Positions 51,118 to 59,745 of a DNA stretch of 64,000 nucleotides are shown here, one piece after another. The stretch comes from an uncultured Bacilli bacterium (GTDB lineage: Bacteria; Bacillota_I; Bacilli_A; RF39; UBA660). A model generated the notes under the pieces. The model was not told the origin of the DNA. It did no database searches and was given only the letters and a program-made list of their open reading frames with translations. The stretch spans positions 1,844-65,843 of the forward strand of contig CANRPA010000002.1 of NCBI GenBank assembly GCA_947632395.1, read 5' to 3'. The position numbers and the translations under genes are program-made. Positions within the stretch are counted from its first letter, which is position 1, and each line of letters opens with the position of its first letter.

Positions 51118-51956
51118 TTTTTCACCCTATATATCGTTTTTTTATTTAAAAAACATTCATCGGTATTATCAAATAATTTTTTAATATTTTCATCATATTC
51201 TAAAACATTATCATTATTAACGTTCTTAAAAAAATTTATAACTTTAATAAACTTTTCTAAATCTATATTAAAACTATTTAATACTACATAATCGATATTT
51301 AAATTTATTACTTCCTTTATACCATTTAATATATGAGACGAATATACAGATGTACCAAGACTATTATCTATTATAGGATAAGTATTACCATCTTTTTCTA
51401 TGTAATTTACTTTAGAATTATCTTTTAAATTAAAATATTCTAAATAATTTTTTACTATATGTCTTTTTGATACAAACATAGGTAAATATCCAAACATTGT
51501 AACCATTAGTTTTGATTTAGATTTTTCTATTATTAAATCTATTTCTTCTTTGGATATATCACTAGATATATATGTATACTTTACTCCTAATGAATTCCAA
51601 TAATTAACCCCAGCATAATTTGTTGTAGCATGTTCCATATACCATACTAAATCATAATTATGTTTTTTCTTTTTATAAATATTAAAGACTGCTATATCAT
51701 AATACAATACACCCTTTATATTAAAATTATCTAATTCATCTAATAATTTTTCTATTTTCATTAAATCACTGTTATGCATATTTTTATTTAAATTTATGAA
51801 TACCTCTTTATCTATTTTTTTTAGTATCTCTAAATCATTTATGCATAGATTAGTATTTACACACATATCCTCTATTCCAATTATAAAACCATTTACTATA
51901 TTTTTTGTTTTTTCTATTTCTTCTATACTAGATGGGATAGTTAATAATTTAAACAT
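51114..51956 (-). CDS. yrrN: U32 family protein, short partner form (YrrN-like)
   Basis: 280 aa, TIM-barrel-like U32 pattern without the Cys motif. 4-nt overlap with the YrrO-like gene. Confidence 0.55.
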   Translation of the reverse strand: MFKLLTIPSSIEEIEKTKNIVNGFIIGIEDMCVNTNLCINDLEILKKIDKEVFINLNKNMHNSDLMKIEKLLDELDNFNIKGVLYYDIAVFNIYKKKKHNYDLVWYMEHATTNYAGVNYWNSLGVKYTYISSDISKEEIDLIIEKSKSKLMVTMFGYLPMFVSKRHIVKNYLEYFNLKDNSKVNYIEKDGNTYPIIDNSLGTSVYSSHILNGIKEVINLNIDYVVLNSFNIDLEKFIKVINFFKNVNNDNVLEYDENIKKLFDNTDECFLNKKTIYRVKK

Positions 51957-52119
51957 AATTCACCTCAAAAAAAGACGTCTCATTGAAACGTCTTCATTTT
52001 AACACAATGTTATTTTTATGTCAATTTTTTTTATTGAAACTTCTAATATATCAAAATCAATATATAGATATAACTATATAAAATAAAGTATTTTGACTAT
52101 AAATAAACAAGTAAATAAA

Positions 52120-53568
52120 TCATCTTTTATTAATTTCAATAGTACTTCCGACATGAACATCAACTTCACTATCACTAGGACACTCAGATGAACTTTTGGG
52201 TTTAAAATTTGTTTTTACAGGATTAGTTACTTCTGCAGAAGATCCACTACCATAATTTAACTTTGTACCTATTATATTTCCATCATAATCAAATGTAACT
52301 GTATAAGTTGCATTATCTGATTTATCAGTAAATGAGCAAGTAAATGCATCTACTTTATTAATTTTATTAATTACATAAGTATCATCTACAAATTTAAAAT
52401 CGACTTCACTATCACTAGGACATTCATATGAATTTTTAGGGTTAAAATTCGTTTTCACAGGATTAACTAATTCGTCGTAAATTCCGTCATTATTCCAATC
52501 AGTATTTATGCCTATTGCATTTCCATTATAATCAAATGTAACTGTATAAGTTCTATTACGTGCTTTATCAGTAAATGGGCAAGTAAATTCTTCAGATGCT
52601 TTATAAAAATCCGTACATGGTATAATACTATTTTGATTAGATATTTCTGTACAATAATCTTCTCCACTCTTATTTGTTTTAAAATATTTAATACACCTAT
52701 TATTTAAGAAACATGACATACATGATGAAATACTATTTTTATCTTCATCATCAGCTATTTTAAGAACTATAAATTGTACTATTGCTATTATCATAAAAAT
52801 CATTACAGCAGCAATTACTTTTCTAATAAGCGATTGTTGAGCTTTTTTTATTTCATCTTCCCTTGAAGCCATAATTGCTTTAACAAGTGTTATTATACTT
52901 ACTATTATGAGAATTATTGGAGTTGCTATCTTAAGCAAATTAACTGCCGTACTTACAAGTACTGGAATTTGTGCTGGAATATCATGAGCATCGCCACACA
53001 TTACATATTGTAAATTATCTGTATTACAATATTTATCATTTTTATTCCATATATATCCCTTAGATTTGCATGCCTCTTCACCTAGTCCAAGGGAATTTAT
53101 ACGTGTTGGACTCATATTAGATTCTAAATCATATTCAGCAATAAATTCAATATAATCCTGTGCTTCTACGTAAAAATCGATTTTTCCATTTATATCTATT
53201 ACAATTTTATCATTTTCACTACAATCTTCTTTATATACTTGATCATTGCCATCTTCGCAAAGATATCCATATGCTGTATGTACTTTCCAGCCAGAATGAA
53301 AATATCCTTCTTTTCCAAAAATAATGCTATTTACATAATAAGATTCATTAAGGTTTTCAGAATTAGTAAGATACGAACATTCTGGATAACTTATTTGACA
53401 TTGTTCACTATAACCATCTTTTACGTGCAATATAGAGCCACCATTCCCATTAAAAATAACATTAAAATTGGTGGTTTTATTAATTTTATTATCTTTTGCA
53501 TATACATAATTTTGAAAACATATAAATGTTGCTAAAAATATAATTAAATATGAAATTTTCTTCCTCAT
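52120..53568 (-). CDS. secreted Cys-rich protein with central two-TM hairpin and C-terminal tandem repeat, unknown function
   Basis: Signal peptide (FQNYVYA|KD). Two hydrophobic helices flanking the loop KAIMASREDEIKKAQQSLIRK (residues about 205-270). Two C-terminal repeats of about 80 aa. ATGA overlap with pduL stop. Confidence 0.65.
   Translation of the reverse strand: MRKKISYLIIFLATFICFQNYVYAKDNKINKTTNFNVIFNGNGGSILHVKDGYSEQCQISYPECSYLTNSENLNESYYVNSIIFGKEGYFHSGWKVHTAYGYLCEDGNDQVYKEDCSENDKIVIDINGKIDFYVEAQDYIEFIAEYDLESNMSPTRINSLGLGEEACKSKGYIWNKNDKYCNTDNLQYVMCGDAHDIPAQIPVLVSTAVNLLKIATPIILIIVSIITLVKAIMASREDEIKKAQQSLIRKVIAAVMIFMIIAIVQFIVLKIADDEDKNSISSCMSCFLNNRCIKYFKTNKSGEDYCTEISNQNSIIPCTDFYKASEEFTCPFTDKARNRTYTVTFDYNGNAIGINTDWNNDGIYDELVNPVKTNFNPKNSYECPSDSEVDFKFVDDTYVINKINKVDAFTCSFTDKSDNATYTVTFDYDGNIIGTKLNYGSGSSAEVTNPVKTNFKPKSSSECPSDSEVDVHVGSTIEINKR
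52123..52587 (-). repeat. in-frame tandem duplication (2 x about 240 nt) encoding the C-terminal repeat domains
   Basis: Nucleotide similarity visible: cgacttcactatcactaggacattcatatgaatttttagg (from 52401) versus caacttcactatcactaggacactcagatgaacttttggg (from 52161). Protein repeats FTCPFTDKARNRTYTVTFDYNGN... and FTCSFTDKSDNATYTVTFDYDGN... Confidence 0.8.
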
Positions 53569-54128
53569 AATATCTCTCCTATATCACCATTTTTTACTAA
53601 ATGAGCATTCGCATCATCTGTATCTAAATGCATTTCAAAATAAGATTCATCACTTACTTTTAAATATACATTTGTTATTATTCCACCTTTTTCTCCATTT
53701 ATTTTTACATTTACTTTTTCTATACCCTCTAGGTTATAAGCTTTAACCTGCTTTGGTAATATATGAATGTGTCTTGTTGCAATTATACATCCCTCATTTA
53801 AATCTACTCTACCTTTAGGACCTATTATTGTAATTTTCGAACTTCCTTTTATATCTCCTGAATTTCTAATTGGTGGATTTATACCTAGTTTATATGCATC
53901 TGTCTTACTTATTTCAACTTGTGTATAATCCCTTACTGGTCCAAGAACTCTTACATTATTTATTTCATCTTTTTCTGTTTTAAGTGTTACTAAACTTGTT
54001 GATGAATATTGTCCTGGTTGATTTAAATCACTTTTTTTTTCTAATTTATAATCTTTTCCAAATAATATTTCTAAATGTTCTTTAGTTAGATGAACATGCC
54101 TATTTGATACTCCAATACTTACATTCAT
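53565..54128 (-). CDS. pduL: phosphate propanoyltransferase / phosphotransacylase PduL
   Basis: Two PduL repeats: VSNRHVHLTKEHLEILFG and ATRHIHILPKQ. VRVLGPVR...QVEIS.TDA.KLG. 187 aa. Confidence 0.85.
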   Translation of the reverse strand: MNVSIGVSNRHVHLTKEHLEILFGKDYKLEKKSDLNQPGQYSSTSLVTLKTEKDEINNVRVLGPVRDYTQVEISKTDAYKLGINPPIRNSGDIKGSSKITIIGPKGRVDLNEGCIIATRHIHILPKQVKAYNLEGIEKVNVKINGEKGGIITNVYLKVSDESYFEMHLDTDDANAHLVKNGDIGEIL

Positions 54129-54199
54129 TTTACCACCTATTCAAATTATATCATATTTTTTTATTTTTTTAAATATATTTTAAAGAAAGGAATGATTTT

Positions 54200-54583
54200 A
54201 TGAACAATGGTTATTTAAATAATAATGTCTTCCCAGGAAAACCTATTTATTCTGGAAATATACCTACACCAAATCAAGCTACTGCACCTACTAATATGCA
54301 AGAATATATACCAAACGAACAATCATATATTGAAAATATTTTAAGAGTAAACAAAGGAAAGAAGGTATCTGTTTATCAATCTTTTTCAGATGCTGGAGAA
54401 TGGAAAGATAAAATATTTACTGGTATTATAGAACAATCTGGTAGAGATCATATTATTTTAAGTGATCCTACTACAGGCAATTGGTATTTGCTACTTATGA
54501 TTTATGTTGATTTTATAAAATTTGATGAAGAAATAAATACTGTAGAACAGTTTTATCCTTCCATTAATCCATCTAATAGTTGA
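54200..54583 (+). CDS. gerQ: spore coat protein GerQ
   Basis: QSYIENILRVNKGKKVSVY...WKDKIFTGIIEQSGRDHIILSDPTTGNWYLLLMIYVDFIKFDEEI parallels B. subtilis GerQ/YwdL. Confidence 0.8.
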   Translation: MNNGYLNNNVFPGKPIYSGNIPTPNQATAPTNMQEYIPNEQSYIENILRVNKGKKVSVYQSFSDAGEWKDKIFTGIIEQSGRDHIILSDPTTGNWYLLLMIYVDFIKFDEEINTVEQFYPSINPSNS

Positions 54584-54626
54584 TAATTATATAAAAATTT
54601 GATATAATTAATTTAGGTTAGGTGGT

Positions 54627-55172
54627 ATGATGAATACTTTTATTGTAATAATATCTATAGTTATTATTATAGATTTAATTCTTATATTATTAATATCTAA
54701 TTATAATCGTTTTCAAGATTATATAATTAGAATTAATGAAGCAGATGTAAACATAGATGCTACATTAAGAAAAAGATTTGATTTACTAAATAAATCTATC
54801 GGAATTATTAAACAAACTACAAAAACTGAAGATGAAGTATTAGATATCATCGTTAAATTAAGATCAAAAAAATTATCAAATTTTGAACTTGATAGAAGTT
54901 TATATGATGCGATTAATGAATTTCATATTATAAAAGACAAATATCCAAAACTTCAAACTTGTAAAGAATTTTTAAAAATTGAGATTAATTTAATTGAATC
55001 AGAGTCAGAAATAGTAGGACTTAGAAAATATTATAACGACATTATTACTGATTACAATAAATTAATTAAATCTTTTCCATCTAATATAATTGCAATATTA
55101 AAAAATTATAAAGTAAAAGAATATTTTGATGGAAACAATATAGATAATGAAAACGAAACTGTTAATCTCTAG
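54627..55172 (+). CDS. lemA: LemA family protein
   Basis: N-terminal TM, then YN.F......I.EA..NID..L.KRFDL, KYP.L and the FP.N tail typical of LemA. 181 aa. Confidence 0.75.
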   Translation: MMNTFIVIISIVIIIDLILILLISNYNRFQDYIIRINEADVNIDATLRKRFDLLNKSIGIIKQTTKTEDEVLDIIVKLRSKKLSNFELDRSLYDAINEFHIIKDKYPKLQTCKEFLKIEINLIESESEIVGLRKYYNDIITDYNKLIKSFPSNIIAILKNYKVKEYFDGNNIDNENETVNL

Positions 55173-55189
55173 TTTCGTTTATTTTTTTT
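55151..55189 (+). terminator. lemA terminator embedded in the 3' coding end of convergent divIC
   Basis: Perfect 10-bp stem aaacgaaact (55151-55160) / agtttcgttt (55171-55180), 10-nt loop containing both stop codons (cTAG), then aTTTTTTTT (55181-55189). Confidence 0.65.
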
Positions 55190-55600
55190 CCTAATTATTA
55201 TAAATATAATCATTAAAATAAATAATACACTGAGTGCAATAAAAATATAATTTTTATTAATCTCAAATTTAATATTTTCTAATGTTTCACTTGCTTCATT
55301 TGTGTCTTCGACTATTTTAATTATATATTCTCCATCTTTGGAATATAAATAATGTTCTCTTATATAATTTGCCAAATACTCTTTATCGTTAAATTTTTCT
55401 ATATCTATTTTAAGTTGTTCTGATTGTTCCTGGAGTTCTAAATATTGTTTTTCTAATTTTTTTTTATCCATTGTCAAATTATAAATAGTTACTGCGCTAT
55501 ATAATAAGTTAATTATAAAAACTACAACAAATATTAAACTTATAGATCCAAATATTATAAGTCTTGATTTAGTTCCTCTCGAAATTTTACCTTTAGCCAT
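55169..55600 (-). CDS. divIC: septum formation initiator FtsB/DivIC family protein (with extra C-terminal hydrophobic segment)
   Basis: N-terminal TM, coiled coil (KKKLEKQYLELQEQSEQLKIDIEKF), DivIC-like EYLANYIREHY. Follows yabP-yabQ as in Bacillus. A second hydrophobic helix at residues about 117-136. Confidence 0.65.
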   Translation of the reverse strand: MAKGKISRGTKSRLIIFGSISLIFVVVFIINLLYSAVTIYNLTMDKKKLEKQYLELQEQSEQLKIDIEKFNDKEYLANYIREHYLYSKDGEYIIKIVEDTNEASETLENIKFEINKNYIFIALSVLFILMIIFIIIRKKNKRN

Positions 55601-55623
55601 ATAACCACCATAAGTAGATTATA

Positions 55624-55911
55624 TCATTTTTTATTATTTTTATCAATTAATTTAATTATTAAATCATAAAGTAAAAATCCTATTATAATGCTAATAATTG
55701 AATATATATGCAATATTGCATTACCTATTTTTTGTATACCTATAAAATAAACAAATGACATAAAAAATACTAAAAAACATGATAATAGTATTTTTATATA
55801 AGTTTTATATTTTTTTATTTTTTTATTAAAAAATTCAAGTAATATAGAAAAAAAGAATCCAAAAAAAAGAGAAAAAAGTATTAATTTAATTTGAATATCT
55901 AAATTAATCAT
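55624..55911 (-). CDS. yabQ: spore cortex biosynthesis protein YabQ-like small membrane protein
   Basis: 95 aa, 3 TM. 4-nt overlap with yabP stop. Conserved yabP-yabQ-divIC order. Confidence 0.6.
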   Translation of the reverse strand: MINLDIQIKLILFSLFFGFFFSILLEFFNKKIKKYKTYIKILLSCFLVFFMSFVYFIGIQKIGNAILHIYSIISIIIGFLLYDLIIKLIDKNNKK

Positions 55912-56192
55912 TTAAATAATTTGGCAATTATACTTTCTTTAGTCTCTTGTTTTTTGGCAGATTCTAAATAACTTAAACTATCTATTTTCCCTTTAATCGA
56001 TACATCACCTTGATATGTGTCTAATTTAATTATTTCTAAATTGTTCCCTTTTATTTGCATATATCCCATATTTGTTTCAAGTAAAAATTCATTTTCATCA
56101 AAGTTGTCTATTTTTTTTACTCCACTTATATTTATATTCTTCCTGCTAGTTATACTTATATTATGAGTATTAGTTACTATATCCTTGTCCAT
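55908..56192 (-). CDS. yabP: sporulation protein YabP
   Basis: ISGVKKIDNFDENEFLLETNMGYMQIKGNNLEIIKLD...VSIKGKIDSLSY...AKLFK parallels B. subtilis YabP. Start moved to the ATG at 56192 after GGTGAT. Confidence 0.85.
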   Translation of the reverse strand: MDKDIVTNTHNISITSRKNINISGVKKIDNFDENEFLLETNMGYMQIKGNNLEIIKLDTYQGDVSIKGKIDSLSYLESAKKQETKESIIAKLFK

Positions 56193-56286
56193 AATTATCA
56201 CCTACTAAATATTATTCATAAAAATAATTATTATGAATTTTATTGATTATAAATAAAAAATGTGTTATTATGTGTGGGGTGAAAAA

Positions 56287-56625
56287 ATGGATAATGATAA
56301 AAGAAGAGAATATCTTGTAACTAAAATAGAAAAATATAACGAAGAGAGAAAAGATGAATTTACAAATAAATGGTTTATTTATTTTTTAATTGTGCTTTTT
56401 ATTATTATTCGTGATATAAATTTTAATGAAAATTCAGAAGAAATACAATTTATCTCAGAAAGTATTATAAAAAATTTAAGTACTTTTGGTTTAGCAGCAC
56501 TTCTTCCTGAAGGTATAATATGTTTTATTAAATCAATTATTAGAACTGCTAAACAAATAAAATTAGAATTTGAACTAGATAAATTAGATGATGAAAAATC
56601 AAAAATTAAATATAAACAAAAATAG
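56287..56625 (+). CDS. hypothetical membrane protein
   Basis: ORF with GGGGTGA SD before the ATG at 56287 (MDNDKRREYL). Two hydrophobic segments. The track start at 56260 lacks an SD. Confidence 0.5.
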   Translation: MDNDKRREYLVTKIEKYNEERKDEFTNKWFIYFLIVLFIIIRDINFNENSEEIQFISESIIKNLSTFGLAALLPEGIICFIKSIIRTAKQIKLEFELDKLDDEKSKIKYKQK

Positions 56626-56645
56626 AGTTTTCACTCTATTTTTCT
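56614..56645. terminator. bidirectional terminator shared by the 56287-56625 gene and spoVG
   Basis: aatagagt-tttc-actctatt (56621-56640) flanked by an A-run upstream and a T-run downstream. Both stop codons lie in or next to the stem. Confidence 0.55.
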
Positions 56646-56902
56646 TCTTCTTCTTGTTTATTATAAGCCTCAAATATTGCATCTTCAAATGCTTTTCTTG
56701 TTTCAGCATTAATTGGATGAGCTATATCATGATATTCACCCTCTGCATTTTTTCTGCTTGGCATTGCAATAAATAATCCATCTTTACCTTCAATTATTCT
56801 AATATCACGGATTACAAAGCAATCATCTAGTAATACAGATGCTATTCCTTTCATTCTTGTATCATCGTTTTTTTTGTGAACATTGACTGACGTAATTTTC
56901 AT
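56636..56902 (-). CDS. spoVG: septation/sporulation regulator SpoVG
   Basis: MKITSVNVHKKNDDTRMKGIASVLLDDCFVIRDIRIIEGKDGLFIAMPSRK is canonical SpoVG. Confidence 0.95.
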   Translation of the reverse strand: MKITSVNVHKKNDDTRMKGIASVLLDDCFVIRDIRIIEGKDGLFIAMPSRKNAEGEYHDIAHPINAETRKAFEDAIFEAYNKQEEEEK

Positions 56903-56993
56903 AATTAAGCATCTCCCTCCGTTATCATTTCACATTTTAAGTATATAATAATTTATTCAAAAATGCAAGTACTTTTATTATTTTATAAGAAAA

Positions 56994-57434
56994 TTATTTA
57001 TTCTTTAATGTCTTATCTAATTCTCGTTTTATATCTCTTTCTTTTATAGCTTCTCTCTTATCATAATTTTTCTTACCTTTACATATTCCTAATAATATTT
57101 TAGCTTTATTATTTTTAAAATACAATTTAAGTGGTATTAAGGTATAGCCACTTATTTCTAATTTATCTCTTAATTTTAATATTTCTGACTTATGTAATAG
57201 AAGTTTTCTATTTCTTCTTTCTTCATGATTGAATATACTAGCATCGTTATATTTACCTATATACATATTAAGTAAATATACTTCACCATTTCTAATAATT
57301 GCATATGTATCTTTTAAATTTGAATTTCCTTCTCTTATTGATTTGATTTCCGTACCTTTAAGTACTATTCCTGCTTCTACTTCTTCTTCTATAAAATAGT
57401 CAAAATATGCTTTTTTATTTTTAATTTCTAACAT
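56994..57434 (-). CDS. smpB: SsrA-binding protein SmpB
   Basis: NKKAYFDYFIEE..EAGIVLKGTEIKSIR...YI..Y...........RKLLLHK.E...L is canonical SmpB. 146 aa. Confidence 0.95.
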   Translation of the reverse strand: MLEIKNKKAYFDYFIEEEVEAGIVLKGTEIKSIREGNSNLKDTYAIIRNGEVYLLNMYIGKYNDASIFNHEERRNRKLLLHKSEILKLRDKLEISGYTLIPLKLYFKNNKAKILLGICKGKKNYDKREAIKERDIKRELDKTLKNK

Positions 57435-57525
57435 ATTATATTCCTCACTTTTTAATTATCTTGTTATAATTATAAATTGAAAATTAAATAAAGTCTATAC
57501 CTTTTACACAAAAAAAGTAGTATCA

Positions 57526-59613
57526 CTACTTCTTTATTAAAAAGTCTACTGTATGATTAATTTTACTTGCTGCTTTTACTTCTACTTTAACTTCATCACC
57601 TAATCTATATCCTCTTTTATTTTTATTACCAACAAGTGAAAAAGTTGATTCGTCATATCTATAATAATCATCTTTTAAATCTTCTATTCTAACTAATCCT
57701 TCTATTTTATTTGGAAGTTCTATAAATATACCAAAACTCATAACACCTGATATAGTTCCAGTAAACTCTTCACCTATATGTTTTTCCATATATTCTGCCA
57801 TTTTCATATCATCAACTTCACGTTCACAATCTATTGCTGCTCTTTCTCTTTCTGATGAATGTTCTGCTACTGCAACTAATTTTTGTTCCCAATATTTAAG
57901 TGTATCATTACTTATATTTTTACTAAACATATATGTTCTAAGTAATCTATGAACAGTTGTATCTGGATATCTTCTAATTGGAGATGTAAAGTGTGTATAA
58001 CATTTACTTGCAAGGCCAAAGTGACCTATATTATTTGGATCATATACTGCCTTTTGCATACTTCTTAAAAGCAATGTTGAAAGTATTGGATATTCTTTTA
58101 CATCTTTAAGTTCTCCAAGTAATTCTTGCATACTTTTTGGTGTTATTTTTTTCATTTTATGCACACTATAACCAAGTATACTTATAAAGTTTAAAAAGTT
58201 ATTTATTTTTTCTTCATTAGGTTCTCCATGTATACGATATATAAATGGATAATCCAAATATGTTACATGTCTAGCAACTGTTTCATTCGCAGCAATCATA
58301 AAATCTTCAATTAATTTTTCACCAGTACCGCGTTCCCTTAATCTTACATCTATTGTTTCTCCATTTTCATTTGTTATTATTTTTGCTTCATCTATATCAA
58401 AATCTATATAACCTTTTTTTATTTTATTTTCTCTCAATATATCTGCAAGTTTAGACATTTCTTTTAGAGTATCTACATATGGTTCATATCCATCTGGTAT
58501 TATATTTTCTTCAAGAATACTATTAACTTTTTTATATGTCATTTGTATTCTTGATTTTATAACACTTTCAAATATGTCGTAATTTACTACTTCTCCTTTA
58601 TCATCTATTTCCATAACACAACTTATAGCAAGTCTATCTACATTTGGGTTAAGTGAACATATTCCATTTGATAATTCATGAGGTAACATTGGTATTACAG
58701 TATTTGCTAAATAAGAACTAGTACCTCTTTTATATGCTTCTTCATCTAAAGGAGTATTTTCTTTTACATAATAACTTACATCTGCTATATGCACACCTAA
58801 TTTATAATTTCCATTATCTAATTTTTCTAAAGAAATAGCATCATCTATATCTTTAGTATCATCACCATCTATTGTAAATATCATTTCATCTCTTAAATCT
58901 ATTCTTCCTTGATATTCTTCTTCTAATACATGATCTGGAATTGATTTAAGTTGCTCAATAGCTGGTTTTGGAAATTCCTCTTCTATTTCATATTTAGCTG
59001 CTATACTTAATATATCTACACCAGGATCATCTACATGACCAAGTATCTTTATAATAGCGCCTTTATATGTTTGATTGTCTACCCTATTAAGTAATCTTAC
59101 AAGTACTTTGTGACCACTAACCGCACCAAGTGACTTATCTTGATCTACTATGATATTTAAATTTGCTTTTTTATCATCTATATCAACTAAGCACTTATTA
59201 TTTTTAAAGTATACTTTACCTACAAATTGTTTTAATTTACGCTCTACTACTCTAAGTATCCTACCTTCAAGTTTCAAACCTTTTTTAGATGTTATCTCAA
59301 CTACTACTTGATCGCTATTTATAGCTCCATTTATATTTGATTGATCAATAAATACATCTTCATCGCCTTCTATATCAACAAAACCATATCCCTTTTTTGT
59401 TGACATAAATTTACCGACCTTAAGATTACTATTATTAAATAACATATATTTATCTTTTTTTGTTCTATAAATTTTTAAATCTTCTTCTAAATGATTTAAT
59501 AATTTAAGTAGTTCTTGTAATTCATCTGCAGTTTCTATATTTAATTCATCCTGAATATCATATATAGAAAGTGCATTATTGTTATCTAAAAGTTTTAAAA
59601 GTTTTTCTTCCAT
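57526..59613 (-). CDS. rnr: ribonuclease R
   Basis: RNB domain (TIDGDDTKDIDDAISL, HFGLAS..YTHFTSPIRRYPD), N-terminal cold-shock-like domains, C-terminal S1 domain (FTGTISGVMSFGIFIEL). Adjacent to smpB. Confidence 0.95.
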   Translation of the reverse strand: MEEKLLKLLDNNNALSIYDIQDELNIETADELQELLKLLNHLEEDLKIYRTKKDKYMLFNNSNLKVGKFMSTKKGYGFVDIEGDEDVFIDQSNINGAINSDQVVVEITSKKGLKLEGRILRVVERKLKQFVGKVYFKNNKCLVDIDDKKANLNIIVDQDKSLGAVSGHKVLVRLLNRVDNQTYKGAIIKILGHVDDPGVDILSIAAKYEIEEEFPKPAIEQLKSIPDHVLEEEYQGRIDLRDEMIFTIDGDDTKDIDDAISLEKLDNGNYKLGVHIADVSYYVKENTPLDEEAYKRGTSSYLANTVIPMLPHELSNGICSLNPNVDRLAISCVMEIDDKGEVVNYDIFESVIKSRIQMTYKKVNSILEENIIPDGYEPYVDTLKEMSKLADILRENKIKKGYIDFDIDEAKIITNENGETIDVRLRERGTGEKLIEDFMIAANETVARHVTYLDYPFIYRIHGEPNEEKINNFLNFISILGYSVHKMKKITPKSMQELLGELKDVKEYPILSTLLLRSMQKAVYDPNNIGHFGLASKCYTHFTSPIRRYPDTTVHRLLRTYMFSKNISNDTLKYWEQKLVAVAEHSSERERAAIDCEREVDDMKMAEYMEKHIGEEFTGTISGVMSFGIFIELPNKIEGLVRIEDLKDDYYRYDESTFSLVGNKNKRGYRLGDEVKVEVKAASKINHTVDFLIKK

Positions 59614-59745
59614 CTTTATTCATCCTTTCAATCAAATATTAAGATAATATTAACTACATACATTATAAAATATTTATTTACTTTATTATAGTATTTTTAA
59701 TTAAAAAACGTTTTATTTTGTAAAATTGTGTAAAGAAAAAGGGAA

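Noticed and set aside
56588-56776. 62-aa plus-strand ORF overlapping the 3' end of the 56287-56625 gene and spoVG.
   Set aside because: It overlaps the canonical spoVG coding region on the opposite strand and crosses the shared terminator hairpin. It has no SD.
56903-56993. Looked for tmRNA (ssrA), which often follows smpB.
   Set aside because: Only about 90 nt of AT-rich spacer lies between smpB and spoVG, with no tRNA-like acceptor/T-arm sequence. ssrA must be elsewhere.
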